Assembly (NCBI GenBank): GCA_030667985.1
Contig: DAOUUU010000003.1
Span: 1 to 61,280 of the forward strand
Direction: 5' to 3'
Length of the DNA: 61,280 nucleotides
Source: Candidatus Krumholzibacteriota bacterium
GTDB lineage: Bacteria > Krumholzibacteriota > Krumholzibacteriia > Krumholzibacteriales > Krumholzibacteriaceae
The notes under the pieces are model-generated. The model had not been told where the DNA came from. It was given only the letters and a program-made list of their open reading frames with translations, and did no database searches. Both the position numbers and the translations under genes were made by a program. Below are positions 16,923-26,979 of this stretch, piece by piece. Numbering within the stretch: position 1 is the first letter of the stretch; every line of letters begins with the position of its first letter.

Positions 16923-19558
16923 TCCCCCAGCTCCCGCACGAGGCGGGCCCGCACACGGCGCATCATACGCGCGTCGCCCAACTTGCGCCCCCGGGAGGTC
17001 CGTACGTAGAATGAATCCGCGACCAGGCCGCCCCGCGTCGTGATCTGCGCGCTCTGTATGTCGAGCCCCTCCTCGGAAAGGATCCTGGTTATCATGTATA
17101 GCACTCCTGGACGGTCGCTCGCAGTGCAGTCGATGATCGTGCTTTCCCTGGAAAGATCGTTCTCGAACTCCACGACACAGGGTATAGGTATTACGGACGG
17201 GATCTTCCGTTTCCATTTCTTGATATGCGCGTTGTAGGCCTTTTCGAGATCGACCCTGCCCCGCAGGATGCCGCGAAGATCCAGCGCGATCTTATCCTTC
17301 GTCTCGCCCGTGAGAGAAAGCCCTCCATCGATCCGTTCTACGTGGAAGAGGTCGATCACGACGCCGTCCGTGCGTGTGAAGGCGAAGGCTCCGAGTATGT
17401 TGAAATCGTTGATGGTGATCGTTCCGCAGAACTGAGACAGCCTGAAGGGCCTGTCGCGGGTACAGACGGTGAGCTCGATCGCATGCCGGAGCCTTCTGAA
17501 GTCGGTTACCGCCTGGGCCCCTCCTAGCTGTTCGGTCATCTCGAGATGTCTTCTGCACTGTGACGGAGAAACGACCATCAGATACCGGCCTGGCAGCTTT
17601 CCGAGGTGATCCTTCATCCGTTTCTTCTCATCCCCTGTGCGGCAGGAGGCCATGATCCGACCACGCTTCTTCTCCATGATGCTGCCGTACGAGCTGCCGA
17701 GCTCCGATTTCTCGGCGAGTATCCTGCTCGCCTTGTAGTAGAGATCCTCCAGCAGGCTCTCCTTCCAGCCTGTCCAGACCCCCGGCCCGGTCGCTTTGAG
17801 ATCGGCGTAGGTCAAGAGATAGAGCAGCTTCAGATTGAGATGGTTCTTCACGCGACGGATGAACTGCAGGCTCGTGTCACGATCCTCCATATCCCTTCGT
17901 TGGCTGAAATGGGAAAGAAGAAGGTGATTCCTGACGAGAAAGACGATGGTCGATCTCGTTTTCGCAGACAGCGGGAAGTCCTTCAAAAGTTCTTCGACCA
18001 TCCGGGCGCCGGCCGTCGCATGCCCCCTCGCGCGTACCTTGCCGACATCGTGCAGGAGCGTGGCGAGGTAGAGCTCTGTCTTCTCGGCCACTTCGTTGTA
18101 GATGCGCGAAATGAGCCCGCCTTCTCTCCCGGCGAGTTCTTCGAGGTATAAAACGGCCTTCAAACTGTGCTCATCCGCGGTGTACTGGTGGTAGAGATCG
18201 TATCTCTTGAGACAGGTCAGCCGGTCGAAGGGAGGAAATATGAGCCCGAGCACGCCCAGCTCGTGCATCGACCGGATCGCGGGCTCCTTCTCGCCCGGCA
18301 ACAGGAGAAGCTCGCAGAAAGATTCTCTCATCCGGGACAGCGCGGCGGGATCGATCAGTGCGGGCTTGAAGGTGTTTCGGACCCTGCGTTCGAGATGAGG
18401 TGAGAGCCGCTTGTCTGTCCGCAGCTGCTCCTTCCAGACGAAGAGCGGATCGCGTTTCATCCTTTCCCTGGTGAGTCTCAGATCGAGTTGACCGAGCCGC
18501 TTCGTCCCAACGCGCCGGTAGAGGGAGCCATCGAAGATCCGGAGTGCTCCTTTCCCGTGCGTCTCCGCCAGAAACCGTTCAAGCGCCCTGTATATCGACT
18601 TCGAGTGCTTGTAATAATCGCTCATGAAATGTTCGACGGCCAAAAACCCTTTCTCGTCCTTATAGCCGAGTCCTCCCGCCACAGCCCGTTGGAGATCGAC
18701 GGTAAGAGTGTTCCAATTCCTCCCTGAGTAGAACTGCAGTTCGTTCCTCGAGCGAAGAAGAAAATCGAACGCCTGCCCAATATCGCCTATCTCGCCCCTG
18801 TCTATGACGGCGAGCCTGTAGAGACCCTCCATGGTGCCCGCCCACGGAAGAACCATACCTATCCATCTTATCGTCTGGTAATCCCTCAGACCTCCCGGGC
18901 TCTCCTTGATATTGGGTTCGATCAGATGATAGCTTCCCCCGAATTTCTGCCAGCGTCTTTGAGCCTCCTCGAGCTTCCCTTCGAGGAGCCCGCCGCCCTC
19001 CTGCAGCCGCAACGTCGACTTGAGCACGGCGAGATTCTCTTTGAGCGATTCGTCGCCGCAGAGCCACCTACCGTCGAGAAGCGCTGTCTTGAGATCGAGG
19101 TCGGACTTGATCGCTTTCTTGAGCTGTGTGAGAGAACGCACGGAATGGCCCAACTCGAGACCCGAATCCCACATCATCCTTACGAAGTAGCCGGTGAAGA
19201 CCCCCGTCCTCTTCGCTCTTCTGGAGGAGGTGAGAAAAAGTAGATCGACGTCGCTCCGAGGGTTAAGCTCCCGCCGTCCGAAGCCGCCCAGAGCGACGAT
19301 AGCGGGCGGATGCCCCATTTCCCCGCCCATCATCGAACGAAGCGCCTCGTAGAGGTGGACGACGATCGTCTCCACCCCGTCGGCGCCCAGGCGGACAGTC
19401 TCTACACCAGACGCTCCAGCCCTGTGCCTTTTTTCGAGCCGTTGGAGAAAACCGCGGTAGGCCTCCCTCGTCTCGCCGGCGAAACGGGTCATATCCGCGA
19501 GCCCCTTCGCGGTGGACAGAGAAGGCAGGTCTGAACGTTTCAGAAGTTGTCGAGGCAT
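16919..19558 (-). CDS. glnD: [Protein-PII] uridylyltransferase/uridylyl-removing enzyme
   Basis: NT motif ALGGFGRRELNPRSDVDLLFL, HD domain LLHDVGK, two C-terminal ACT-like segments. Start moved to the internal ATG (MPRQLL) because the longer ORF overlaps the glnA 3' end. Confidence 0.85.
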   Translation of the reverse strand: MPRQLLKRSDLPSLSTAKGLADMTRFAGETREAYRGFLQRLEKRHRAGASGVETVRLGADGVETIVVHLYEALRSMMGGEMGHPPAIVALGGFGRRELNPRSDVDLLFLTSSRRAKRTGVFTGYFVRMMWDSGLELGHSVRSLTQLKKAIKSDLDLKTALLDGRWLCGDESLKENLAVLKSTLRLQEGGGLLEGKLEEAQRRWQKFGGSYHLIEPNIKESPGGLRDYQTIRWIGMVLPWAGTMEGLYRLAVIDRGEIGDIGQAFDFLLRSRNELQFYSGRNWNTLTVDLQRAVAGGLGYKDEKGFLAVEHFMSDYYKHSKSIYRALERFLAETHGKGALRIFDGSLYRRVGTKRLGQLDLRLTRERMKRDPLFVWKEQLRTDKRLSPHLERRVRNTFKPALIDPAALSRMRESFCELLLLPGEKEPAIRSMHELGVLGLIFPPFDRLTCLKRYDLYHQYTADEHSLKAVLYLEELAGREGGLISRIYNEVAEKTELYLATLLHDVGKVRARGHATAGARMVEELLKDFPLSAKTRSTIVFLVRNHLLLSHFSQRRDMEDRDTSLQFIRRVKNHLNLKLLYLLTYADLKATGPGVWTGWKESLLEDLYYKASRILAEKSELGSSYGSIMEKKRGRIMASCRTGDEKKRMKDHLGKLPGRYLMVVSPSQCRRHLEMTEQLGGAQAVTDFRRLRHAIELTVCTRDRPFRLSQFCGTITINDFNILGAFAFTRTDGVVIDLFHVERIDGGLSLTGETKDKIALDLRGILRGRVDLEKAYNAHIKKWKRKIPSVIPIPCVVEFENDLSRESTIIDCTASDRPGVLYMITRILSEEGLDIQSAQITTRGGLVADSFYVRTSRGRKLGDARMMRRVRARLVRELGD

Positions 19559-19605
19559 ATCTCTCGCTGACCCCGGAATCCTAAGAGGCTCCTGCCGGCC
19601 GAGTC

Positions 19606-21024
19606 TTACACGTCGTAGTAGAGTATGAACTCGTACGGTGTCGGCCTGCTCCGGACAGGCGTTACTTCGTTCTCCCGTTTGTACGCGATCCATGTATCGA
19701 TCACGTCTCTTGTGAACACATCACCCTTGAGCAGATAGCCGTGGTCGTTCTCGAGGGCGGTGAGCGCTGTTTCGAGATCTGGCGGAGCCTTGCGGACATT
19801 TTCGAGCTCCTCCGGAGGCATGTCGTAGATGTTCTTGTCCAGCGGCTCCCCCGGATGAATCCGGTTATCTATCCCATCCAACCCAGCCATAAGAATGGCC
19901 GCGAGGGTGAAGTATGGGTTTCCCGTCGCGTCCGGGCATCTGAACTCGACCCGTTTCGCCTGCTGAGTTTCAGAGTATGCCGGTATTCTGATCGACGCGC
20001 TCCGGTTCCTGCTCGAGTAGGCCAGGTTCACCGGCGCCTCGAATCCAGGGACGAGCCTCTTGTAGGAGTTGGTCGAGGCGTTGGTCAGCGCGAGCAGCGA
20101 GGGGGTGTGCTCTAACAGGCCTCCGATGAAATAGAGGGCGGTCTCGCTCAGGCCGGCGTACTCGTGCCCGTAGAATACGTTATCGTCCCCCTTCCAGAGA
20201 GAGACATGAACGTGCATTCCGGAGCCGTTGTCCCCGTAGAGCGGTTTCGGCATGAATGTGGCCGTCTTCCCGTGCATGCGCGCCGTGTTCTTGACGACAT
20301 ACTTGAATATCGCCAGCGCATCTCCCATCTTCGTCAGGGTGCCGAATCTCAGATCGATCTCCCCCTGCCCGGCGGTCGCGACCTCGTGATGCTGTATCTC
20401 CGGCGTGAGCCCGCAGCTCTGGAGAATCTTCACCATCTCGCTCCTTAAATCCTGCAGCGAATCTGTCGGCGGCACTGGAAAATATCCGCCCTTGAACTTC
20501 GCCTTGTATCCGAGGTTGGGATCCTCCTCCCTCGCCGTGTTCCAGTAACCCTCCGCCGAATCGACGCTGAAAAACCCCATGTTCTCGTTCTGTGTGAACC
20601 GGACGTCGTCGAAAACAAAGAACTCCGGCTCGGGCCCGAAGAAGGCCCTGTCGGCGAGGCCACTGTCGACGAGATATTGTTCCGCCTTTCGCGCTATGTA
20701 GCGCGGATCGCGGCTGTAGGGCTCCCTGGTGATCGGATCGAGGATGTTGCCTATCAGGCTGAGCGTCGGATGCCTGAAGAAGGGATCCATGAAAGCGGTC
20801 GAAGGATCGGGAAGCACGAGCATGTCGCTTTCGTTGATATTCTTCCACCCCCTGATGCTCGATCCGTCGAAACCGAGACCCTCGGTGAAAAGCTTTTCCC
20901 CAAACTCGCTGGCGGGAAGTGTGAAATGCTGCCAGGAACCGGGAAAATCGGAGAATTTGATATCGATGAATTCCGCATTGTTCGATTTTGCAAATTCAAT
21001 GACTTCACTTGGCCCTTTAGACAT
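19606..21024 (-). CDS. glnA: Glutamine synthetase type I
   Basis: GS-I motifs (FDGSSI, GSGMHVHVSLW, NSYKRLVPGFEAP). Adenylylation-loop Tyr is present (DKNIYDMPPEE). Start chosen at the second ATG, with AAAGGA 8 nt upstream. Confidence 0.92.
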   Translation of the reverse strand: MSKGPSEVIEFAKSNNAEFIDIKFSDFPGSWQHFTLPASEFGEKLFTEGLGFDGSSIRGWKNINESDMLVLPDPSTAFMDPFFRHPTLSLIGNILDPITREPYSRDPRYIARKAEQYLVDSGLADRAFFGPEPEFFVFDDVRFTQNENMGFFSVDSAEGYWNTAREEDPNLGYKAKFKGGYFPVPPTDSLQDLRSEMVKILQSCGLTPEIQHHEVATAGQGEIDLRFGTLTKMGDALAIFKYVVKNTARMHGKTATFMPKPLYGDNGSGMHVHVSLWKGDDNVFYGHEYAGLSETALYFIGGLLEHTPSLLALTNASTNSYKRLVPGFEAPVNLAYSSRNRSASIRIPAYSETQQAKRVEFRCPDATGNPYFTLAAILMAGLDGIDNRIHPGEPLDKNIYDMPPEELENVRKAPPDLETALTALENDHGYLLKGDVFTRDVIDTWIAYKRENEVTPVRSRPTPYEFILYYDV

Positions 21025-21129
21025 TCCGACCATCCTTTCTGTGTTAAGAGTGCCGCCCCGGCGAAGAAATGACTATGTAATATCACTAAAGGGCGCTGTG
21101 TCCCACGTCAATAAAAATCAGCCCTCCGC

Positions 21130-21732
21130 TCACGGCTTCCACTTCCATGGAGCAAAATTGATATACCTCAGGCGGTTGGATCCAGCGTTGGGCGAGAGGA
21201 GCGTCGCCGATGCGTTCGCGATAGAAATACGGTGCATGTCATCGAGGTCCATACCGAGAAAATGTGTGACGAGCGGCTTGATCACATCGCTGTGGGAGAC
21301 TATCGCGACCTTCGGGCCTGCGCTCTCGGCGCATGCTCGCTCGACGGCCTCCAGGGCCCGGCGCTGGATATCCACCATACCCTCGCCCAGCGAGAATTTC
21401 GACTCGGTAGGCTTCGTCGAGTAGAGCTCAAAATCCGGATCGCCGGAGAGGTCGCTGTATCTCTTGCCCGCCCAGAGCTCGTAGGGGGACTCGTTCACCA
21501 GCGGCTCTTCCACGATGTTGCTTCCCCAACGCCCGGCGAGGATGGCAGCGGTCTCCGACGCTCTCTTCACGGTGCTTGTATATATGGCCTGAATCGATTC
21601 CTTCTCCAGCGCGGCCGCAAGAATCCCGACCGATCGGCGGCCCTCGTCGTTGAGCGGTATGGGACCCGTGCCCATGATCTTCCGGTCCCTGTTCCAGTCG
21701 GTCTGCCCGTGACGGATGAGATATATGAGCAT
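21130..21732 (-). CDS. Histidine phosphatase family protein (phosphoglycerate-mutase-like)
   Basis: LIRHGQTDWN catalytic RHG motif and a downstream SHSDVI His. Start set at MLIYLIRHG with a GAGGAGG RBS. Confidence 0.8.
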   Translation of the reverse strand: MLIYLIRHGQTDWNRDRKIMGTGPIPLNDEGRRSVGILAAALEKESIQAIYTSTVKRASETAAILAGRWGSNIVEEPLVNESPYELWAGKRYSDLSGDPDFELYSTKPTESKFSLGEGMVDIQRRALEAVERACAESAGPKVAIVSHSDVIKPLVTHFLGMDLDDMHRISIANASATLLSPNAGSNRLRYINFAPWKWKP

Positions 21733-21748
21733 CCGTCCTCCTCTTCTA

Positions 21749-22828
21749 TTAGAACTCGTGCTGGTATCCTGTGTCCGGGATTTCACGGCGCTCTCCATCC
21801 TCGCCAACGATCACCAGGCCATCGGTGACCGGAGTCACTCGCCCGATAGAAACTGCACCCGCCGGCAACCCGGCGCCCCGCGCCGCCGCGAGAATAACGT
21901 ATTCTTCCCCGCTGGAGAGCGCAAACTCTGTAATACTCTCTCGATCTAACTCGAACAGATCCGAGAGCGCCTTTGGAATCTCTAGCGCGCGCTCCTCGAT
22001 CTCGGCTCCTACACCGCTCTCCACGCAGAGATGCCGAAGGTCTCGCGCGATCCCATCGCTCACATCTATGGCAGCGGTCAGGGAAGGTTCCCCTTCGGCA
22101 AACAACCTCTCTTCCAGCGGTCGGGCGGCTGGAACTACGTGCTGCTTGACCAGTGAGAGTGCAGCTTTCCAGTACTCGCCGAATCCCTCGCACAACGCCG
22201 AGATATCATCATCTCCGCTCCCGAGCGAGAGTGATCGCACGAGAGGCTCGAAACTCTCCCACTCAGGAAGGTTGGGGGGTGGATTTCCGGGGAATAATTG
22301 CAGCCCCGCAAATATCACATCGATAATGAGCAATCCGCCCGACGAGCCTCCACATTCACCGAAGAGGACGATCGAATCCCCAGGCCTTGCGCCCTTCCTG
22401 GTCAGCGGCTTCCTTCCCTCGAGGCCACCCGTCACGGCGATGCTAAAAAAGAGGCCACCGGGGCTCGAGACGGTATCCCCACCCGCCAGGCTGATCCCGT
22501 AATAGGTACAGCCTGCGTGCAGGCCGCCTATCACCTGCTCCATATCGGCGCTGCTGAATCCGGAGGGCAGGCCGGCGGTGAAAAGCACGGAGCGGGGTTT
22601 CCCGCCCATCGCATAGATATCGGAAACATTGGAGGTGACGAGCTTCTGAACGGCCTGCGACAAGGTGGCGTAGTCCCGCTTGAAGTGCACACCTTCCACC
22701 ATAGCATCCGTGGCGAGCAGAGTCCCCCCGTCATGCGAGTCGACAGCGGCATCGTCGCCGAGGTTCGATTCAGGAAAGGCTGCCCTCAGTGCCTCTATGA
22801 ATTCATCTTCTTTTAATCGTTCGGACAC
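21749..22828 (-). CDS. thiL: Thiamine-monophosphate kinase
   Basis: AIR-synthase-like fold motifs LGDDAAV, DAMVEGVHF, SNVSDIYAMGGKP, GGDTV. Confidence 0.8.
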   Translation of the reverse strand: MSERLKEDEFIEALRAAFPESNLGDDAAVDSHDGGTLLATDAMVEGVHFKRDYATLSQAVQKLVTSNVSDIYAMGGKPRSVLFTAGLPSGFSSADMEQVIGGLHAGCTYYGISLAGGDTVSSPGGLFFSIAVTGGLEGRKPLTRKGARPGDSIVLFGECGGSSGGLLIIDVIFAGLQLFPGNPPPNLPEWESFEPLVRSLSLGSGDDDISALCEGFGEYWKAALSLVKQHVVPAARPLEERLFAEGEPSLTAAIDVSDGIARDLRHLCVESGVGAEIEERALEIPKALSDLFELDRESITEFALSSGEEYVILAAARGAGLPAGAVSIGRVTPVTDGLVIVGEDGERREIPDTGYQHEF

Positions 22829-22885
22829 GGCGTTGAGGCGATCCCCCTTTCTCCCGGCTCGGTCCGACCGCCGGTTCGCTCTCCG

Positions 22886-24448
22886 CTACTCGAGCTCGCC
22901 GAGTGCGATTGACAGGGCTCTCATGCAGTCACCCGCGATCATACCGCCCTCACCCGTATTCAGCGCCGCTATGTCGGCTGCCCTCGAGTGAAGATAAACG
23001 CCAGCTCTCGCCGCTGCTCCTGCTGAACATCCCTGCGCGAGAAATCCGCCGATCGCGCCGGTCAGCACATCTCCACTGCCAGCTGTAGCCATGCCGGGGT
23101 GGCCCGCGACATTCACGTACAGATGGCCTTCAGGCTGGGCGACGATCGTCGGCGCGCTCTTGTGGACGAGCACAAAACCGCCCGACGTAGAGAGCGCGCG
23201 CAGATGCTCGATACGCTTCGACGGAGGCGACTCTGCCACATCTTCGGAGGTAAGGCGCCGAAGCTCTCCGGAATGCGGAGAAACGACCGCCTCTTTTCCC
23301 CGGATCGATTCTAGGAGTTCGTCGTAGTGTCCTTCGAACGAATTTATGCCGTCCGCGTCGAGCAGCAGAGGCACCTCGCACCGGGCGATGAGCTCCCGGA
23401 CCAACCTCGCCGTCTGCTCCTCGGTCGTCAACCCTGGTCCAACGACGAGAGCGTCGTAGCGCACCTCCCCGAGTATCGACTGGAGGGAATCGTGATGTAT
23501 CGTCCCGGAATCGGTCTCGGGAAGAGAGATAAAGATTACCTCCGGGGCGGAGGCCTGAACGGCCCCTCGTATCGAATGGGGGGCTGCCAGGTAGACGATA
23601 CCGCACCCGACCCTGAGGGCCGATTCGGCTGCGAGACGCGCCGCGCCGGCGTACCTGCGGCTGCCTGCTACGACCAGGAGCGACCCCCTGGCGAACTTGT
23701 GCGCCTCCGGTTTCTTTACCGGAAGGTCCTCGCGCGCCTGCTCTGCGTCGATCAGGTAGAGGGAAAGGGCTTGTCCCTCGATGACTTCGCCCGGAATCCC
23801 GATGTCTCCCACGGCAACATCCCCGGAAAACGACTTGCCCGGATAGAAGAGAAGCCCGACCTTCGGAAGACCGAGCGTAACCGTTACATCAGCCTGGACC
23901 GAGATCCCCATGATCTCGCCCGTATCTCCGTTCACGCCGGACGGCACGTCTATCGAGACGATCGGAAGCCCGCTCGAGTTCATCACCTGGATCACCCTCT
24001 CGTAGTTCTCCCTGACCGGTTTGCTGATCCCGGTGCCGAGGAGAGAATCGATGATCAGATCCGATTCCTCCAGCTCGAGCTTCACCTTCTTATCCCAATC
24101 TGCGAGGTATAGAAAATTCTCCGATATTTCCTTGTTTTTGCGGAAATTCGAGAGCTTCCCGTAGTTCTTGAAAGCGTCGGGCGAAAAATCCTTCGGTTCG
24201 TGGAGATAATCGAGCCTCACTCTCGCTCCCGCCTCTGCGAGCAGACGCGCGACGACGAGCCCGTCTCCAGCATTGTTCCCGCGACCGAGGAATATCGAGA
24301 CCTTCCGGCTCTCGATCGGCCCGAAATCGGCGCAGAGGCGTTCGTAGATCCTCTGCCCAGCTCTCTCCATCAGTGTGATCCCGGGCACGAACCGTTCTAT
24401 CGTCTCCTCATCGATCCTGCGCATCTCGTTGCCGGTCACGATATACAT
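22886..24448 (-). CDS. nnr: Bifunctional NAD(P)H-hydrate repair enzyme (epimerase + ADP-dependent dehydratase)
   Basis: YjeF_N motif GRGNNAGDG and C-terminal carbohydrate-kinase motif GSGDVLTG; 520 aa. Confidence 0.85.
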   Translation of the reverse strand: MYIVTGNEMRRIDEETIERFVPGITLMERAGQRIYERLCADFGPIESRKVSIFLGRGNNAGDGLVVARLLAEAGARVRLDYLHEPKDFSPDAFKNYGKLSNFRKNKEISENFLYLADWDKKVKLELEESDLIIDSLLGTGISKPVRENYERVIQVMNSSGLPIVSIDVPSGVNGDTGEIMGISVQADVTVTLGLPKVGLLFYPGKSFSGDVAVGDIGIPGEVIEGQALSLYLIDAEQAREDLPVKKPEAHKFARGSLLVVAGSRRYAGAARLAAESALRVGCGIVYLAAPHSIRGAVQASAPEVIFISLPETDSGTIHHDSLQSILGEVRYDALVVGPGLTTEEQTARLVRELIARCEVPLLLDADGINSFEGHYDELLESIRGKEAVVSPHSGELRRLTSEDVAESPPSKRIEHLRALSTSGGFVLVHKSAPTIVAQPEGHLYVNVAGHPGMATAGSGDVLTGAIGGFLAQGCSAGAAARAGVYLHSRAADIAALNTGEGGMIAGDCMRALSIALGELE

Positions 24449-24494
24449 GCATCGATTCCTTTCTCCTGGGCAGCGCCCTAGCGGGGCGCTTCCC

Positions 24495-25211
24495 TCAAGT
24501 CCGCTCTTTGGGCGACCGCGAAGACTCCACCCCGCTGTTTAACGAATCTACGATCTCGATCAGCCCGAAGATATCGTCGATCTCGTAATCGGCGCCCGAG
24601 GCGCCGGTATCGAATGTGTCCCCGTACCGTGCGAAAACGGTCTTTATCCCGAGATCCGAGGCGCCGGCGATGTCGCGTTCGGGCCAATCACCGATCATCA
24701 TCGCTTCACCCGACTCTATCTCTAGCGTGGCGAGAACCTTCTCGAAGGGAGCGGGGTTCGGTTTGAATTCGCCCGTGTCATCATGCGTCAGGACGATATC
24801 GAATATATGGTGGAGCTGTAGATAGCAAAGTCTGAGCCATGCTTCCTGCCGCGGTGCGTCCGATATCACGGCCAGCTTGAGTCCCCGCTTCATCAATTCG
24901 ATCAGTGTCACCTTCACATGTGGATAGAGCACGAGAGAGGCTTCGCGCACCCTCCGGTACCCGACGATGCCGGCGGCGAGGATCTTGTAATCGATCTCCC
25001 CTGTCAGGTTTATCAGAAGCTGGTTGAACACCCGCTGGTACTCGATTCCCTCTTCCTCGTAGATCTTGTAGATCTCATCCCGGATCAGTTTCGGCGAAAA
25101 CAGGAGCCCAGCGTCGATCATGGCGTGGACCGACGCGTCTATAGAAGCATTCTTCATCTTGATGAAATCGGTCAGTGTATTATCGAGATCGAATATGATA
25201 AGTTTGATCAT
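24495..25211 (-). CDS. HAD-superfamily hydrolase
   Basis: Motif I IIFDLDNTL, motif IV MIGDWPERD. RBS GGAGAAAGGG upstream. Confidence 0.8.
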   Translation of the reverse strand: MIKLIIFDLDNTLTDFIKMKNASIDASVHAMIDAGLLFSPKLIRDEIYKIYEEEGIEYQRVFNQLLINLTGEIDYKILAAGIVGYRRVREASLVLYPHVKVTLIELMKRGLKLAVISDAPRQEAWLRLCYLQLHHIFDIVLTHDDTGEFKPNPAPFEKVLATLEIESGEAMMIGDWPERDIAGASDLGIKTVFARYGDTFDTGASGADYEIDDIFGLIEIVDSLNSGVESSRSPKERT

Positions 25212-25222
25212 GCCCTTTCTCC

Positions 25223-26077
25223 TTGAAGCTCCGTGAGTTCAGCGATATATTGGATTCTGTGGAACACGAGACTAAACAGCCCGAACCCGAGACGGACGCC
25301 AGCCTGGGGATCTTCGAAAGGCTGAACAACTACCTCCTGCTCCTCTACGCGGGCGCCTGCCTGCTCATGTATTTCTCCCTTTTCGGACTTCTCTACATGA
25401 TCGGCGCCATCACCCTTTCTCTTTCGATTCCGGGCCTTTTGGCGATCATATTCCCGCTCTTCGTACTATCGAGAAGATTCTCACTGAGATTCGCCGATGA
25501 GTACCGGATCGGGGTTCCCTCCCTGGAAACAATGGTTCTATCGCTTCTTATCAGCGCGGGGATGATTCTTCCGATCGAAGCGCTCTCTACATTCGTCGAG
25601 AGAAGGTGGACTCCCGATGCCGATTATATCAACTTTCTCATCGCAATCAAGCCCAAAGGGTTACTCTCCCTTGCAGCCGTCGGCGTCGGCATCGTCGTGG
25701 TGACTCCCATAGCAGAGGAACTCCTATTCCGGGGTGTCATCCAGCGGATCTTCGTGCGCAACATGAAGACTCCCGCTGCCCTTTTGCTCGCCTCGCTCCT
25801 CTTTGCCCTCTGTCACTTCGACCTCCCCTCCGTGCCGGCGATCGCCATTCTCGGGCTCCTCTACGGCTACCTATTCCTCGTTACAGGAAACCTCTTCTAT
25901 CCAATCATGGGCCACGCACTGTTCAACCTCTTCTCTCTCGTCAGGTTGTACAACATAGTGGAATCCGACCTGCAAGCGATCACTCCCCGGTACCCGACGC
26001 TCTGGCTCACGGTCCTGTCCCTGGCCGTCGTCATCGCCTGCGTGCGGCGCCTACGCCGCAGTCCCGGCACAGAATAA
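25223..26077 (+). CDS. CPBP family intramembrane glutamic endopeptidase (CAAX protease-like)
   Basis: Multi-TM protein with EELLFRG and HALFN motifs. The start is uncertain: the track start is a TTG only 11 nt from the divergent HAD ATG. Confidence 0.7.
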   Translation: MKLREFSDILDSVEHETKQPEPETDASLGIFERLNNYLLLLYAGACLLMYFSLFGLLYMIGAITLSLSIPGLLAIIFPLFVLSRRFSLRFADEYRIGVPSLETMVLSLLISAGMILPIEALSTFVERRWTPDADYINFLIAIKPKGLLSLAAVGVGIVVVTPIAEELLFRGVIQRIFVRNMKTPAALLLASLLFALCHFDLPSVPAIAILGLLYGYLFLVTGNLFYPIMGHALFNLFSLVRLYNIVESDLQAITPRYPTLWLTVLSLAVVIACVRRLRRSPGTE

Positions 26078-26107
26078 AAACGAGCGGAAGATCCGTCTCC
26101 CGCCCGT
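26076..26107 (-). terminator. Intrinsic terminator after the 26130-26357 gene
   Basis: Minus-strand RNA ACGGGCGG-(12 nt)-CCGCUCGU forms an 8 bp stem with one G.U pair, followed by UUUUUA. Confidence 0.5.
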
Positions 26108-26129
26108 TCGTAAAGGAATCGTCCCGCAC

Positions 26130-26357
26130 CTACTTCGTCGAGATCGTAAGTTCCCTTCCTATGCTGAGTTCACCGTTGTCGATCCTTATGTTGAACCCGC
26201 AGTCCGGGTTATTGCACACCCAGGCTTTGTACCGAATCGGCGCACCGTCCCGTCCGTAGTCGGACAGCGGTATCAGTATACCCTTATTGCACTTCAGACA
26301 ACTAGTAAATGTATCAGGCATTTCCCCGCCCGGTCTCTCGATTGTGGACCGGGTCAT
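26130..26357 (-). CDS. Small zinc-ribbon protein, function unknown
   Basis: CLKC ... CNNPDC four-Cys arrangement. 63-75 aa depending on start (M1 or M13). A terminator lies downstream. Confidence 0.5.
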   Translation of the reverse strand: MTRSTIERPGGEMPDTFTSCLKCNKGILIPLSDYGRDGAPIRYKAWVCNNPDCGFNIRIDNGELSIGRELTISTK

Positions 26358-26502
26358 TCACCTCCGTCTCCACGTTAATCCCGACCTTACCAGTATTTAT
26401 CAACCTTTCAAGTTACACATAGTCAATAGTATCTGATATGCTGTCAAGAGAAAAAGGATATGGACACCGACGAGGTGATTCCGGAGAGAGGTGAATTAAG
26501 AT

Positions 26503-26979
26503 ATGAACCGTTCAAGACCAGCTCTTCTCTTCGACCGTATGCTGGGCAGGCTCTGCCGGACAATGAGGCTGCTCGGGTACGATGCCGAGCTGAACAGAGA
26601 GGGGGAGAGCGGCAGGTTCTTTCTGAACGCCGAAACGTTGTCCAGAGTGGCCGTGACCCGCTCGCGCGGGCTTCGTGACCGCCCGGGAGCCAGGCCTATC
26701 GTTATCGAGAGCGAGGAGATTATGGATCAGATCGTAGAGCTATTCTCCAAGCTCGGCCGCAAGCCCGATTTTGCCCCCTTCACACGCTGCCTCGAATGTA
26801 ACGAGCTTCTCACTAAGGAGCCGCCCGAGTCTGTCCTGGGCGAGGTCCCTTCCTACATAATAAAGAATTTCGACGAATTTCACCGGTGCCCCGCATGCAG
26901 GCGTGTCTTCTGGAGGGGCAGCCACTTCGAGGCGATGGTCCGCAAGATCGAGGAGATCGAGCAGATACTGTCTGATTAA
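26503..26979 (+). CDS. Mut7-C RNase domain protein (PIN-like, DUF82) with C-terminal zinc ribbon
   Basis: LLFDRMLGRLCRTMRLLGYDA N-terminus typical of Mut7-C/DUF82. CLECN...CPACRRVFWRGSH zinc ribbon. RBS GAGAGGTG. Confidence 0.7.
   Translation: MNRSRPALLFDRMLGRLCRTMRLLGYDAELNREGESGRFFLNAETLSRVAVTRSRGLRDRPGARPIVIESEEIMDQIVELFSKLGRKPDFAPFTRCLECNELLTKEPPESVLGEVPSYIIKNFDEFHRCPACRRVFWRGSHFEAMVRKIEEIEQILSD

Noticed and set aside
19559-19693. N-terminal extensions in the ORF track: glnD 19559-19693, 39755-39937, 21733-21807, 56264-56314, 46667-46741, 49448-49489, 28302-28397 and 61129-61158.
   Set aside because: Each extension overlaps a neighbouring gene or intergenic region, lacks an RBS, and precedes an internal start. 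That internal start has a good RBS and/or gives the expected conserved N-terminus or signal peptide.
21034-21129. Possible glnA promoter (TTGACG-17/18 nt-TAGTGA/AGTGAT) and a search for sigma-54/NtrC sites upstream of glnA and glnB.
   Set aside because: The -10 candidates are weak, and no TGGCAC-N5-TTGC-type element with correct spacing is present. Evidence is insufficient to annotate.
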